The notes below the pieces were generated by a model. It had not been told where the DNA came from. It saw nothing but the letters and a program-made list of their open reading frames with translations, and searched no databases. This document shows positions 39,099 through 48,514 of a stretch of 64,000 nucleotides of DNA, piece by piece. Source of the DNA: Opitutaceae bacterium (GTDB lineage Bacteria; Verrucomicrobiota; Verrucomicrobiia; Opitutales; Coraliomargaritaceae); contig JBPOFY010000007.1 of the NCBI GenBank assembly GCA_051252375.1, forward strand, positions 103,843 to 167,842. The letters run 5' to 3'. The stretch's first letter is position 1, and every line of letters starts with the position of its first letter. Made by a program: the position numbers and the translations under genes.

Positions 39099-39905
39099 AT
39101 GAATTCGTCCTATATCATAAAATTGTTTCAGCTCACTTGCGTCTTTTGCTTTTTCTCGCAGTTGCCTGCGAAGGAAGCTATAGAGACCTTGAACTTTGAT
39201 TTGGAAAAGATGAACGTGCTTATCCGTCAAACTGCCATGCCAGAGATGGGAGACAGCCGCATAGAGAAAATACTTCGTCGATACTACATAGAAGGTCTCG
39301 GTGGTGCCGAGAATTGGGAGAAAGTTGAAAGCCTCCGAGTTGCCGGGACTCTTAAGCTTACGAGCGGTGAATATGAGCTGAATGCATATCAAAAAAAGCC
39401 GCATTACATCAAGATGAACATCTACGGTCAGCAAGGAGATTTGATATTGGGCTATGACGGAAAGAATGCCTGGCAGAGTTCGTCTAAAGACAAAGGAACC
39501 GCTCAGCTCATGAGTGAGAAAGATGCACGGCGTTTCATCCATAGTGCGCATTTCGGCAATCACTTACTTTACCCCTATGCGAAAGGAAAAACTGTTAGTT
39601 ATATCGACACTATTCCTATTGAGGGGGCAATTTGTCACCAAATACGAGTGGTCTTAGACACGGACTATCAAGTCGATTACTTTATCGATATCCGCACCTA
39701 TTTGGAAATCAAAGTCGCGAACCTAGACCTTCGAGATGATCGATCATCTAGTGTGGTTTATACCGATTATATTAGAGAATTCGGTATGCCGATAGCCAAA
39801 AAGGTTTCCAGTTACGAGAATGATGAATGGGTCAGCGATCTCACCCTGGATGAAGTTAAAGTGAATTCAGGGCTCATGCCTTGGATGTTCAAGATGCCGC
39901 ATTGA
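39099..39905 (+). CDS. LolA-like outer-membrane lipoprotein-sorting family protein
   Basis: Signal peptide; GLGG.E.W.KV.SL..G.L, KKP..M, GYDGK.AW, ends KVN.GL..MF.MP. Confidence 0.6.
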   Translation: MNSSYIIKLFQLTCVFCFFSQLPAKEAIETLNFDLEKMNVLIRQTAMPEMGDSRIEKILRRYYIEGLGGAENWEKVESLRVAGTLKLTSGEYELNAYQKKPHYIKMNIYGQQGDLILGYDGKNAWQSSSKDKGTAQLMSEKDARRFIHSAHFGNHLLYPYAKGKTVSYIDTIPIEGAICHQIRVVLDTDYQVDYFIDIRTYLEIKVANLDLRDDRSSSVVYTDYIREFGMPIAKKVSSYENDEWVSDLTLDEVKVNSGLMPWMFKMPH

Positions 39906-39939
39906 CGAGTGGCCTTATAGAGATCACAAGGTTAGGTGT

Positions 39940-40992
39940 ATGGTTTCTAATTCATTAGCCGATCTAGAGAAGCAAATCGCACTCTATTTCGATACTTATT
40001 CGGCAAAGCGCGTCGCACTGGCAACTTTGGTGGTCGGTATTGTATCGTTTGGGCTATCTGTTGGAGTTTATGCGCTTAGTCTAAATACCTTGGTGAGTAT
40101 CGGAGCATTTTTTGTTGGATCTCTTATTGCGGCCAACTTTGCTTTTATTTTCATTGTCCCCCCGACTAATGTATTAAAAGCCTCTCGTGAATTAATCATC
40201 GATGCGATCAAAGATCCAAGGCGGATTAAGGAGGCGACACCGAAGAAAGTTGTGCTACTGAACCGAAGGAAGCATGCGCGAGTATTGTCGAGTCTAGAGC
40301 TCAGTGTATGGCAAGCGATCATCGTTCCTTATTTCATGCACGCGCAGGGTAGTGGCACTCCGGTCGCCAGCACAGAAAAGACGCCGCGAAAAATGACTGC
40401 CTCTGAACGAAAGTATGTAGATGAACGACGCAAAGAAATCCTCGAAATGGAGGAGCAATTGAAAGCCGAACGAGATCGCTTGGAAGCAGATCAAAAGGAG
40501 CACGAAAAGAACGCAGCGGAGTTGAAACAGGCAGAGGACTTAGTGCTTGAGCGCTTATCACAAATGGAAACAGCCGAAGCTGAAATTGAGCAGTTGCGTG
40601 AGGATGTTAAGTATGCAGCACCTGCGAGCGATGAGTCCTTAGTTAAAGCGATGAAGGAAAAAGAAGAGGGGCTCCATCAAAAGGAATCTGAGCTGGAATC
40701 TCTACGTCAACGATTGGAGCAAGATCGTCAGTCTGTTGCGATCCGCGAAAAGGAAATGCATGGACATCCCAATTCACCGAGTGAGGATACAATGGGGGGC
40801 AAGACCGACAGTGAGATTCATTCTCTCGAGAAGCGTATTAAAGAATTAGAAGCGCAGTCAGGCGATTTAGACAGCCGATCAAAGTATGTTACTGAGGCTG
40901 AAAACTCTCTAATTGAGCGCTTGCACGAACTTTCTGTCCGTGAGGCTTCTTTAGAGCAAAAGGAAATCAACGCTGGGATTCGCGAAGATTAG
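39940..40992 (+). CDS. Hypothetical protein with two TM segments and a long coiled-coil
   Basis: Two N-terminal hydrophobic helices and an E/K/R/L heptad-rich C-terminal half. Confidence 0.7.
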   Translation: MVSNSLADLEKQIALYFDTYSAKRVALATLVVGIVSFGLSVGVYALSLNTLVSIGAFFVGSLIAANFAFIFIVPPTNVLKASRELIIDAIKDPRRIKEATPKKVVLLNRRKHARVLSSLELSVWQAIIVPYFMHAQGSGTPVASTEKTPRKMTASERKYVDERRKEILEMEEQLKAERDRLEADQKEHEKNAAELKQAEDLVLERLSQMETAEAEIEQLREDVKYAAPASDESLVKAMKEKEEGLHQKESELESLRQRLEQDRQSVAIREKEMHGHPNSPSEDTMGGKTDSEIHSLEKRIKELEAQSGDLDSRSKYVTEAENSLIERLHELSVREASLEQKEINAGIRED

Positions 40993-41954
40993 CCAGCAAT
41001 ATCCATTAGCATATCAACATAGCCCCCGTAGACCTTGAATATGCTGTATATGATAAATGCTGCTACCATGGCAAAGAGTAGGGTGGGATAAACTATAGCG
41101 GCGAAAGTCATCGCGTGATTGGCCTGTAATTGAAAGCGCTGCCCAGCCTTGATTAAATTGCTATCGAGTTGTCCGCTCAGTACTCCGGACTGGTAGAAGG
41201 CGACGAAATCAGGCGGGAACACTTTGAATTGGTTGAGTATTTCCGCAGGCTCTTTGCCGTCTTTTAGTATCGGCTCAATCGTTCGGTAGGCGGTATTCAA
41301 TCGGTTATCTCGGCCAATACGGACGGCATGTTTCCATGCTGCTTGAATGGGGATACCTGTTTCGATAAATGTGCCTAGCGCGTATGAAAAGTCTGCAAGC
41401 GATTGTGCGCGACTGTAGCGCCGCAACAAAGGGATCAACCGAAGCAAGCGCGGCAGCAGCGGGTTTTCAGTTTTGGCCAATAAGGTGATCACTATAAATA
41501 ATGCCCAGACAGGTAAGAGCAGGGCGCTTGTCATGAGTAGATGCTGTTGCATGTCCCACTCAAAGCCTCGATCGAAATCGATCATTCTCACTAAAGGTAA
41601 GATCAACGCGGCCACATGAAAAACCCCCAACGGATAGACCAGGCCCATAATGGCTTTCAATTGCGTGGCGCCGATTCGTTCATGGCGATCCGTGAGAGTG
41701 CTCAGAGTTTGCGGCAGACGCCCGGTTTGCTCACTTGCTGCAAGAAAGATACGGTCTGCGCGCGGCAGCCAACTCGGGGCAGTTTCAAGCACTTTATGAA
41801 GACTACGACCATCGTCGAGCTCATCGGCCATGCGGTCACGGTGCCTCTGTGGTGGCCCCTTCGATAAGCGCAAAGCGGGTGCCATCGGCGTGCCTGCTTC
41901 GAGGTGTTGCGCCAACTGCAGATACCAATGGGCAAGTCGTTTATGGGAAATCAT
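40989..41954 (-). CDS. Second, shorter GspF/PilC-family protein
   Basis: QLAQHLEAG.P, SEQTGRL, VYP, SGQLD motifs. Confidence 0.8.
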   Translation of the reverse strand: MISHKRLAHWYLQLAQHLEAGTPMAPALRLSKGPPQRHRDRMADELDDGRSLHKVLETAPSWLPRADRIFLAASEQTGRLPQTLSTLTDRHERIGATQLKAIMGLVYPLGVFHVAALILPLVRMIDFDRGFEWDMQQHLLMTSALLLPVWALFIVITLLAKTENPLLPRLLRLIPLLRRYSRAQSLADFSYALGTFIETGIPIQAAWKHAVRIGRDNRLNTAYRTIEPILKDGKEPAEILNQFKVFPPDFVAFYQSGVLSGQLDSNLIKAGQRFQLQANHAMTFAAIVYPTLLFAMVAAFIIYSIFKVYGGYVDMLMDIAG

Positions 41955-41968
41955 AAGCGGTGCAGGCG

Positions 41969-42169
41969 CTATTTGCCTTTAAACAGCGCCGCATCTAAAA
42001 TGGACCAGATGTGGATTATCCACCCCAGCATGATCGTCCATAGTAAGCCCGCGAGGACGAATTGTATGATGGCCTTTAACAGCCGCCCTTGGACTAATTG
42101 CCCAAGACCAGGGATAAAAAAGCTACAAATAGCGGCGAGAACGTTACCGGTGGAACCTTGGTTTGGCAT
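41969..42169 (-). CDS. Small membrane protein (TM2-like)
   Basis: LAAICSFFIPGLGQLVQGR motif; 66 aa, hydrophobic. Confidence 0.75.
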   Translation of the reverse strand: MPNQGSTGNVLAAICSFFIPGLGQLVQGRLLKAIIQFVLAGLLWTIMLGWIIHIWSILDAALFKGK

Positions 42170-42350
42170 ATAGTATTGGGTTTGATCTTATATTTAGAGG
42201 AGGAATATCGCTTAGATTAGCAGGTAAATGATTGCTTCCAATCTGATTTTTACAATTTCAGTCAATTCTCAATAAAAAAGAGTTGCGCTGACGCAGGAAG
42301 CACCTACTTTCCGCTGCTTTTTCACCATCCATCAAAGAAAGTTTTTAGTT

Positions 42351-42521
42351 ATGCCAAGAGAGCACGTTACCATCGAATGCACCGAAGCCCGCGCTGAGGG
42401 AAAGCCTGTTTCACGTTATATGACTTCTCGCGATAAAAAGCAGCAGCCAGACCGCGTCGAAAAGATGAAATATAACAAGTTTCTTCGCCGCCACACATTG
42501 CACCGCGAAATCAAGAACTAA
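42351..42521 (+). CDS. rpmG: 50S ribosomal protein L33 (not in the ORF track)
   Basis: Hand translation: [56 protein letters not shown] (56 aa); followed by a terminator. Confidence 0.93.
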   Translation: MPREHVTIECTEARAEGKPVSRYMTSRDKKQQPDRVEKMKYNKFLRRHTLHREIKN

Positions 42522-42542
42522 TAGCAGTTCAATACACTTTTA

Positions 42543-42575
42543 CAAAAGCCCGCTTCGAAAGATGCGGGCTTTTTG
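42543..42575 (+). terminator. rpmG intrinsic terminator
   Basis: aaaa gcccgc ttcgaaagat gcgggc ttttt. Confidence 0.85.
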
Positions 42576-42580
42576 TTGGG

Positions 42581-42618
42581 CACAAAAAAAGCACAGGGGC
42601 TAACTGTGCTTTTTTGTG
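42581..42618 (-). terminator. Intrinsic terminator of the convergent minus-strand unit
   Basis: cacaaaaaaa gcacag gggctaa ctgtgc tttttt gtg. Confidence 0.8.
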
Positions 42619-42633
42619 TTCCGAAAATATAGA

Positions 42634-42876
42634 TTACCTAGCGGAATGACTCGAACGCGAGCTACGCCAGCTTTGGCGATGGCGACGGATCCAATCGAGC
42701 AAAGCGCGCTCGAATCCGATATCTTTGCCTTGTTTTTCAGATTCTAGCCATTTGTGACGTAGGATCTCTTCTCTTTCAGCGAGAAACTCTTGATAGAGAC
42801 TAGAGCGCTGGGCGAAATCGCGAGTGTTGTTCGCGGATAGTGTTTCGGCTTGCATATCTTTGTTTTCCTCAATCAT
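42634..42876 (-). CDS. Small DUF4032-like protein
   Basis: SSLYQEFLAEREEILRHKWLESEKQGKDIGFERALLDW; start at 42876 or 42855. Confidence 0.75.
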   Translation of the reverse strand: MIEENKDMQAETLSANNTRDFAQRSSLYQEFLAEREEILRHKWLESEKQGKDIGFERALLDWIRRHRQSWRSSRSSHSAR

Positions 42877-42958
42877 TGCATTGTTTAAGCTTAAACAGTG
42901 TCGTAGGGTAGAGATATACAGAGTGCTGCAACTTGCTAGTTTAAAAGTAACTTTTCGG

Positions 42959-44032
42959 TCAATTTTTACACAAATCTTCGAGGATTTGTTTAGCGACTGC
43001 CATAAACACCTGTGCGGCAGGTGAATCGGGGTCACTGATCACAATAGGAATTCCATTGTCGCAACCCTCGCGAATGGCGACATCGATGGGAATTTGCCCC
43101 ATTAACGGCACTTTTAAGCTGTCAGCTGTGATTTGACCGCCCCCTTCACCGAATAGTGCTTGGCGTGTGCCGTCAGGCGCTTCGAGATAGCTCATGTTCT
43201 CGACCACTCCCATTAGAGGCACATTGACCTTCTCAAACATGCGAGCGCCACGGCGTGCCACATTAAAGGCTGCAGGCTGCGGTGTGGTGACGATCACCGC
43301 GCCATCGAGCGGAATGGTTTGGACCAAAGACAATTGGGCATCGCCTGTGCCGGGCGGTAAATCGACGACCAATATCTCCAACTCGCCCCAGTTTACGTTT
43401 TGTGCAAACTGCTGGATGGTTTTCATGATCATAGGACCACGCCAAACAACAGGGGTATCGTCATCGACAAGGAAGCCCATCGACATAGTGCGGACACCAA
43501 AGTTTTGCACTGGCAAGATGAGGTCGTTCTCAATTTCCGGACGTCCGGAAGCTCCGAGCATGAGTGGCACCGATGGGCCATAGATATCGCAGTCCATAAT
43601 GCCTACTCCAGGTTTTCCCGCGTCTTCAAGTAAGCGCTGGAGTGCGCAGGCAAGATTGACCGTGACAGTGGATTTGCCCACTCCGCCTTTGCCACTGGCT
43701 ACGGCGATGGCGTATTTCACCTTTTGCATGGTCGCAGATGCGGCTTGCTTGCCGGTGCCGGCTACATCTGGCGCGCCAGGCTGTTGCTTGGGCTGCGAAA
43801 TCTCCATTCGCACTTTAACGTCAGAAATGCCCTCAAGGGCACCAACTGCGGCCTTAATATCTGCCGCAATTTGCTCCGGCACTTGCTCGTCTCCAGTTGT
43901 AATCTCGATACCGACTAGGGCATTGCCATCGTTCAGTTCGACCTCTCGAACCAACCCGAAGGAAATGATGTCGCGGCTGAAGCCGGGAAATTTAACAGTT
44001 TTGAGAGCAGCTTTGATTTGTTCTGTATCCAC
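42959..44032 (-). CDS. mrp: Mrp/ApbC/NBP35 family ATPase with N-terminal DUF59-like domain
   Basis: SGKGGVGKST, DIYGPS, WRGPM, DLPPGTGD, VENMS; GTG start. Confidence 0.92.
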   Translation of the reverse strand: MDTEQIKAALKTVKFPGFSRDIISFGLVREVELNDGNALVGIEITTGDEQVPEQIAADIKAAVGALEGISDVKVRMEISQPKQQPGAPDVAGTGKQAASATMQKVKYAIAVASGKGGVGKSTVTVNLACALQRLLEDAGKPGVGIMDCDIYGPSVPLMLGASGRPEIENDLILPVQNFGVRTMSMGFLVDDDTPVVWRGPMIMKTIQQFAQNVNWGELEILVVDLPPGTGDAQLSLVQTIPLDGAVIVTTPQPAAFNVARRGARMFEKVNVPLMGVVENMSYLEAPDGTRQALFGEGGGQITADSLKVPLMGQIPIDVAIREGCDNGIPIVISDPDSPAAQVFMAVAKQILEDLCKN

Positions 44033-44117
44033 AATAGTAAAATTTTGAAAAGACGTAGAGTGGAAGCCTTTGCCTCCAACTCAATACGAAACGACAATTT
44101 TTCGCGATAAAGGGTGA

Positions 44118-45002
44118 CTAATTGATTCGACTGCTAAGCATTTGAATGAGCTCGATCAGAAAGGCGTTGTCACCGCCGAGTGCTTCGGTGGCTGCGATGG
44201 CGGCGGCGGTATGCCTGTTGGCTTCGGTGTAAGCGCCCTCGATGCCATGAAGTGCGACATAGGTGCTCTTATCGGCTGCGCTGTCATTGCCTACGGGTTT
44301 GCCCATGACTTCAGCGCTGGATGTGGCGTCGAGGATATCGTCAACGATTTGAAAAGTCATCCCCATGTGATAGCCGACGCTTTGCATGTGCTGGATCTGC
44401 TCTGGTGAGGGATCACAGAAATGAAGCCCCATAGTGAGTGCCGCGGTGAGTAGGGCGCCGGTCTTGTTTTCGTGGATAAAGCGTAGCGTCTCTGCATCGA
44501 GTGGTTTGCCCTCGTTGTCCACATCTTCCATTTGACCTCCGATGAGTCGCTCGCTGCCGCTGGCGTTGGCGAGGTCAGCGATCAATGCAGCGGCAAGGGC
44601 GGGCTGCTCTCGGTATTGGTTGGCCAATAACTGAAAGGCATAGGTCAGCAGCGCGTCGCCGGCCAGCACAGCGGTGGCTTCGTCAAACTGCTTATGGCAA
44701 GAGGGGCGACCACGGCGTAAATCGCTATCGTCAATTGAGGGCAGATCATCGTGGATCAGGGTGTAAGTATGTAAGCACTCAATAGCGACAGCTGCTGCGA
44801 GTGGATCGCTCTTCGAGGGAAATAGTTTACTTGCAGCGATGACAAGGACTGGGCGTATCCGCTTACCGCCGGCTTCCATCGAATAGCGCATCGCTTCGTG
44901 CAATTTACTGGGTCGGGTAGCTGCAGCTGGCAGCAGGCCATCGATTGCCTCTTCGACCTGTTGTTGATACTGGCTTAATTTTTCTTTCAATGACTGATTC
45001 AC
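44118..45002 (-). CDS. ispA: Polyprenyl (farnesyl/geranylgeranyl) diphosphate synthase
   Basis: GGKRIRP, LIHDDLP.IDDSDLRRGRP, FQIVDDILD. Confidence 0.92.
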   Translation of the reverse strand: MNQSLKEKLSQYQQQVEEAIDGLLPAAATRPSKLHEAMRYSMEAGGKRIRPVLVIAASKLFPSKSDPLAAAVAIECLHTYTLIHDDLPSIDDSDLRRGRPSCHKQFDEATAVLAGDALLTYAFQLLANQYREQPALAAALIADLANASGSERLIGGQMEDVDNEGKPLDAETLRFIHENKTGALLTAALTMGLHFCDPSPEQIQHMQSVGYHMGMTFQIVDDILDATSSAEVMGKPVGNDSAADKSTYVALHGIEGAYTEANRHTAAAIAATEALGGDNAFLIELIQMLSSRIN

Positions 45003-45027
45003 TCAGTTAGTTATGGAGAACAATTTT

Positions 45028-45639
45028 ATGAAGGAAACGCCAATTTTTGAAGAAGTGTTCATGCGCCTGATCCGGCAGCCTAGTTTTTGGCTGAAACTAC
45101 TGATCGGAGGCTTACTCTCGTTTGTGCCTGTGTTAAACCTGTTCGCTTTCGGATATCTATACCGTTTCTCTAAGCAAACCAGAGCGAATGGTCGGGTGGC
45201 ACTGCCGGAGTGGGGAGACTGGAAAGGGCTCTTTTTCGACGGTTTGAGATTCGCGGTGGTTTGGTTGGCTTACTGGTTATTGCCCATCATCATTGCACTC
45301 GTGCTATCCAGCTTGTTGCGTCAAGTCGGCTTGGGGGCGATTGCCTTTTTGATTTTCTCGGTGGTCTTCCTGCTTTCACCAGTTCTCTTCAGTTCTGCTT
45401 TATATCGGCTTCAAATGCGGTCGGACTTCAAGGATTTACTCGATGTGGTTCTTATTGTTCGCATGTCCTACATGGAGTTTTCTCGTTTCTTAATACCTGC
45501 ACTTACCTTCCTCGGTATATTTACACTTTTAGCTCCGCTATATGGCTTTGCGGTCTTTTTTGGCTTCATGATGCTGATCGCATATACCGCTGTTTGCTAT
45601 CGTGTGATTGAGCAAGGTGGTCGCCCAGCTTCACTTTAA
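45028..45639 (+). CDS. DUF4013-like membrane protein
   Basis: KLLIGGLLSFVP..N..A.GY....LPEW.DW..LF.DG pattern; four TM segments. Start 45013 or 45028. Confidence 0.7.
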   Translation: MKETPIFEEVFMRLIRQPSFWLKLLIGGLLSFVPVLNLFAFGYLYRFSKQTRANGRVALPEWGDWKGLFFDGLRFAVVWLAYWLLPIIIALVLSSLLRQVGLGAIAFLIFSVVFLLSPVLFSSALYRLQMRSDFKDLLDVVLIVRMSYMEFSRFLIPALTFLGIFTLLAPLYGFAVFFGFMMLIAYTAVCYRVIEQGGRPASL

Positions 45640-45647
45640 TATTTGTT

Positions 45648-46355
45648 ATGTCTCTCGCTAAGAAAAAGAAAAAGGATGAAGAAAGCACCTCGGATAATGG
45701 GGTATTTCTCGTGGCTGTGCTCATGGCTCTGTTTGGAATGTTACTCGGAGCGGTTTACCTCTCTTCATTTCCTGCATTGGGTTTTACCGGAGGGAAGGAT
45801 CTAGATTCGTTCATCGAGAGTAAAGAAGAGCGCTCGCTTCGCCCAGGTGACGTTTACTATATGGAGGGTAGCACGATGCGCACACGCGCATGGGAGAGTA
45901 AGCGCAAAGCTCTACTCAGCGGTGCCACTGGCACGGTAGAACTGACTCACGCTGAGCTAAATGGATGGTTGGCATCCAAATTCCGTGCTCCTGTCACTGA
46001 CAGTGATGATTCAAGCGGTGTCTTAATCGTCCCCGGCGTGCCCAATCTGTATTTTGATGAGACGACGATTTATTTCAATCTGCCGACTGAAGTCATCTTC
46101 TTTGGCACGAGTGTTCAATACACTGTCAACGCTCAAGGGCGTCTCTCAAACGATGCGCAGGTTGAATTTGAAATTGATTCAATTTATTTCAATAATGCGG
46201 GTGTGCCGCTCGCCAGTGTGTCGGGTAAGCAAGTGATGAATATGTTTCTTAAGGCGTATACCAGCACAGAAGAATTTATTGAGATGCAAAATGCGTGGGC
46301 ACGGATTGAGTCGATCGAACAAGCTACTGGCTTGATTCGAATTCAAATGCGCTAG
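45648..46355 (+). CDS. Hypothetical membrane-anchored protein
   Basis: Basic N-terminus, one TM segment, beta-rich body. Confidence 0.7.
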   Translation: MSLAKKKKKDEESTSDNGVFLVAVLMALFGMLLGAVYLSSFPALGFTGGKDLDSFIESKEERSLRPGDVYYMEGSTMRTRAWESKRKALLSGATGTVELTHAELNGWLASKFRAPVTDSDDSSGVLIVPGVPNLYFDETTIYFNLPTEVIFFGTSVQYTVNAQGRLSNDAQVEFEIDSIYFNNAGVPLASVSGKQVMNMFLKAYTSTEEFIEMQNAWARIESIEQATGLIRIQMR

Positions 46356-46370
46356 TCGTTGTTACGTCCG

Positions 46371-47510
46371 ATGATCCGATTACTGCGTATTTTAATAGGC
46401 TGTTTGTTTGCTTGCCTGCCTGGCGCAGTTTCAGGAAGCACCTTAGTCACCCAAGAAAGCACTTCATTTGAAATAGTCGGTGTGGATAATAGATCGGTCG
46501 CTTACGTCAGTGAGTTAGCCGAAATTGTAGTCACACAATGCAATCAGTATTTAGGGCATCGAGATGTCTATTTCCCGCAACGCGTGTTGATTGCTTTGCG
46601 CCCAAAAGAGAATGTCAATTTCGAGGGCAAGTATCTATTGTCTGTCCGTGATCAAGGCTTCGTTCGTTTAGATTTCCATTGGTCGGAACAGTTGAGTCTA
46701 GAGGAGACCTGCTTTGCGATCACTCAAGCATATTTAACTCGTTATGCGATCTATCAGTATGGTCCTGATGCTCCATCGAAGATGCGGGCATGGCCTATCC
46801 ATGCTCTGACACTGGAAGCATATTTGCACTTACGCCCTGCGCATTTAATTGGTGTATTGCAGACCTCGAGTGGACGTGGGGCCATTGATATTCGATCGTT
46901 GCTGGAAACTAAGTTCAAGCAGGGTATGTCGTCCGATTTCTCCGCGGAGAGTTACTTTTTACTCAGTGCATTGCGCCAAACTATTAGCAATCGGAAGACT
47001 GTGCAAAGTGTCGTCGAAAGGGCATTAGCAGGTTACAGTGCAATCGAAGTGATTGAGCAATCTGCAATGGGACCAGATCCGATTGCAGAGCCAATGACTA
47101 TAGATAGTTGGTGGCAGTCGCAGCGTGGTGCGATCGTGTCGACTGACTATGACCTATTTGAACGTATGTCGGACTCTCGAAAATGGATTGAATCGATGAC
47201 GCAGTTCGATGCCTATCGTGAAGAGGGTGGTGAGTTTAAAAATATTGGAGACATCTGGGCATTACGAGAAGATGCAGTTTTTCGTGCGGTGATCCAGGCG
47301 CGCTACGAGTTGATCAAGCTGCGCATGGAGATCGTCAACCCGGCTTATTTCAATGCGGCGCGCTCTTTGGGTGCACTTTATGAGACTGCTTTAGATGAGT
47401 CGGCTGCAGCCCACCGTTTCATGCATGCACTGGTAAACTATTTGGGCGATCTCGAAGACGCCAAACAGTTGGAAATGACTACAATGTCTTCACTTGAAGA
47501 CTTGAAATAG
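46371..47510 (+). CDS. Hypothetical secreted protein
   Basis: Signal peptide; long ORF operonic with the previous two. Confidence 0.7.
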   Translation: MIRLLRILIGCLFACLPGAVSGSTLVTQESTSFEIVGVDNRSVAYVSELAEIVVTQCNQYLGHRDVYFPQRVLIALRPKENVNFEGKYLLSVRDQGFVRLDFHWSEQLSLEETCFAITQAYLTRYAIYQYGPDAPSKMRAWPIHALTLEAYLHLRPAHLIGVLQTSSGRGAIDIRSLLETKFKQGMSSDFSAESYFLLSALRQTISNRKTVQSVVERALAGYSAIEVIEQSAMGPDPIAEPMTIDSWWQSQRGAIVSTDYDLFERMSDSRKWIESMTQFDAYREEGGEFKNIGDIWALREDAVFRAVIQARYELIKLRMEIVNPAYFNAARSLGALYETALDESAAAHRFMHALVNYLGDLEDAKQLEMTTMSSLEDLK

Positions 47511-47526
47511 CCTTCGGTTTATTTGC

Positions 47527-48003
47527 TTATCTCCCCAATGGGATCTCGCCGGATTCGGTAATTGTTGTCGAAGGCATCCATTTCGAGCTCGTGCCGAGCT
47601 TTGCTTTGAGTTCGTAGCGCCAGTTCTCGCGCGGATCGTTGATCATCATTGAAGCTAGGCGTGCGCTACCAATCAAGCTAGCTGCCGAACTGACGGACAC
47701 AACCGTGTCACTGTAACCCTCAATGGGAGGGATATTGCGAGCCGTTCCGTTGACGAGATCGATTCCTTCAAGACTGAGTTCATAGTAGAGTCCCTTAAGA
47801 TTGAGCGTCTCGGCGTTTGGATTCACGATTCGTAATTGAATAGTGAACTGCAGGGCAGACGTATCGCCTTCACTTTTCGTAATGCCGACGACATCAACTT
47901 TAGGGCTTTCACGCCCTCCGCCGACTGTTGCGCATCCACTAAACAGTGATACGCACAAAAGAAATAGACCAATGGCAGCGAATTGCGAGGAGCGAAGTTT
48001 CAT
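47527..48003 (-). CDS. LEA type 2 / WHy domain lipoprotein
   Basis: Lipobox LFSGC; LRIVNPN...L..GL.Y.L.L.G motif. Confidence 0.8.
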   Translation of the reverse strand: MKLRSSQFAAIGLFLLCVSLFSGCATVGGGRESPKVDVVGITKSEGDTSALQFTIQLRIVNPNAETLNLKGLYYELSLEGIDLVNGTARNIPPIEGYSDTVVSVSSAASLIGSARLASMMINDPRENWRYELKAKLGTSSKWMPSTTITESGEIPLGR

Positions 48004-48064
48004 AAGTAGAGACAAGTTTTTAGATGGATCAATGGCAATGCTTTTAGCGAATAGCTGAGGTCGA

Positions 48065-48514
48065 CTATTTAAGTCGTATAATTAGTAGATAGGTGCCGTC
48101 ACCGTCTTTGATTTTTGGTCCACCCAGCACGGCAGGGGTGCCTTTCTTTAAATTTAATCGAGCATGAATTCCTGCCGACCAATCCAAATCAGCTGCAATA
48201 CCGTTGCGCGTCGACTCGGTATCTATAGTCAAACGATTGCCCTGACCAAGTTTGGCGGTGGTCTTGCCAGGCACGTCAACTTTGAAAGAGTCGCGTGAGA
48301 TCTGTTGATAGCTCTTAAAGCGAAAGAGACGCTCGAGTGTGTTTGAATAAGACCGCAATGCTGGGTCGATGCCATCGCTGCCGTTGGATGCCTTAACGAG
48401 AATGACTTCGATTTGGACGGTCGATGCATTTGATTCGGCAAAAGTATTCTGTGTGATGAAACCGAATAGAAATAGCACACTGGCTAGGATGTATGTATGA
48501 GTGGATCGGATCAT
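48065..48514 (-). CDS. Hypothetical exported protein, translationally coupled to the ECF sigma gene
   Basis: Signal peptide; ATGA overlap at 48511-48514. Confidence 0.7.
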   Translation of the reverse strand: MIRSTHTYILASVLFLFGFITQNTFAESNASTVQIEVILVKASNGSDGIDPALRSYSNTLERLFRFKSYQQISRDSFKVDVPGKTTAKLGQGNRLTIDTESTRNGIAADLDWSAGIHARLNLKKGTPAVLGGPKIKDGDGTYLLIIRLK

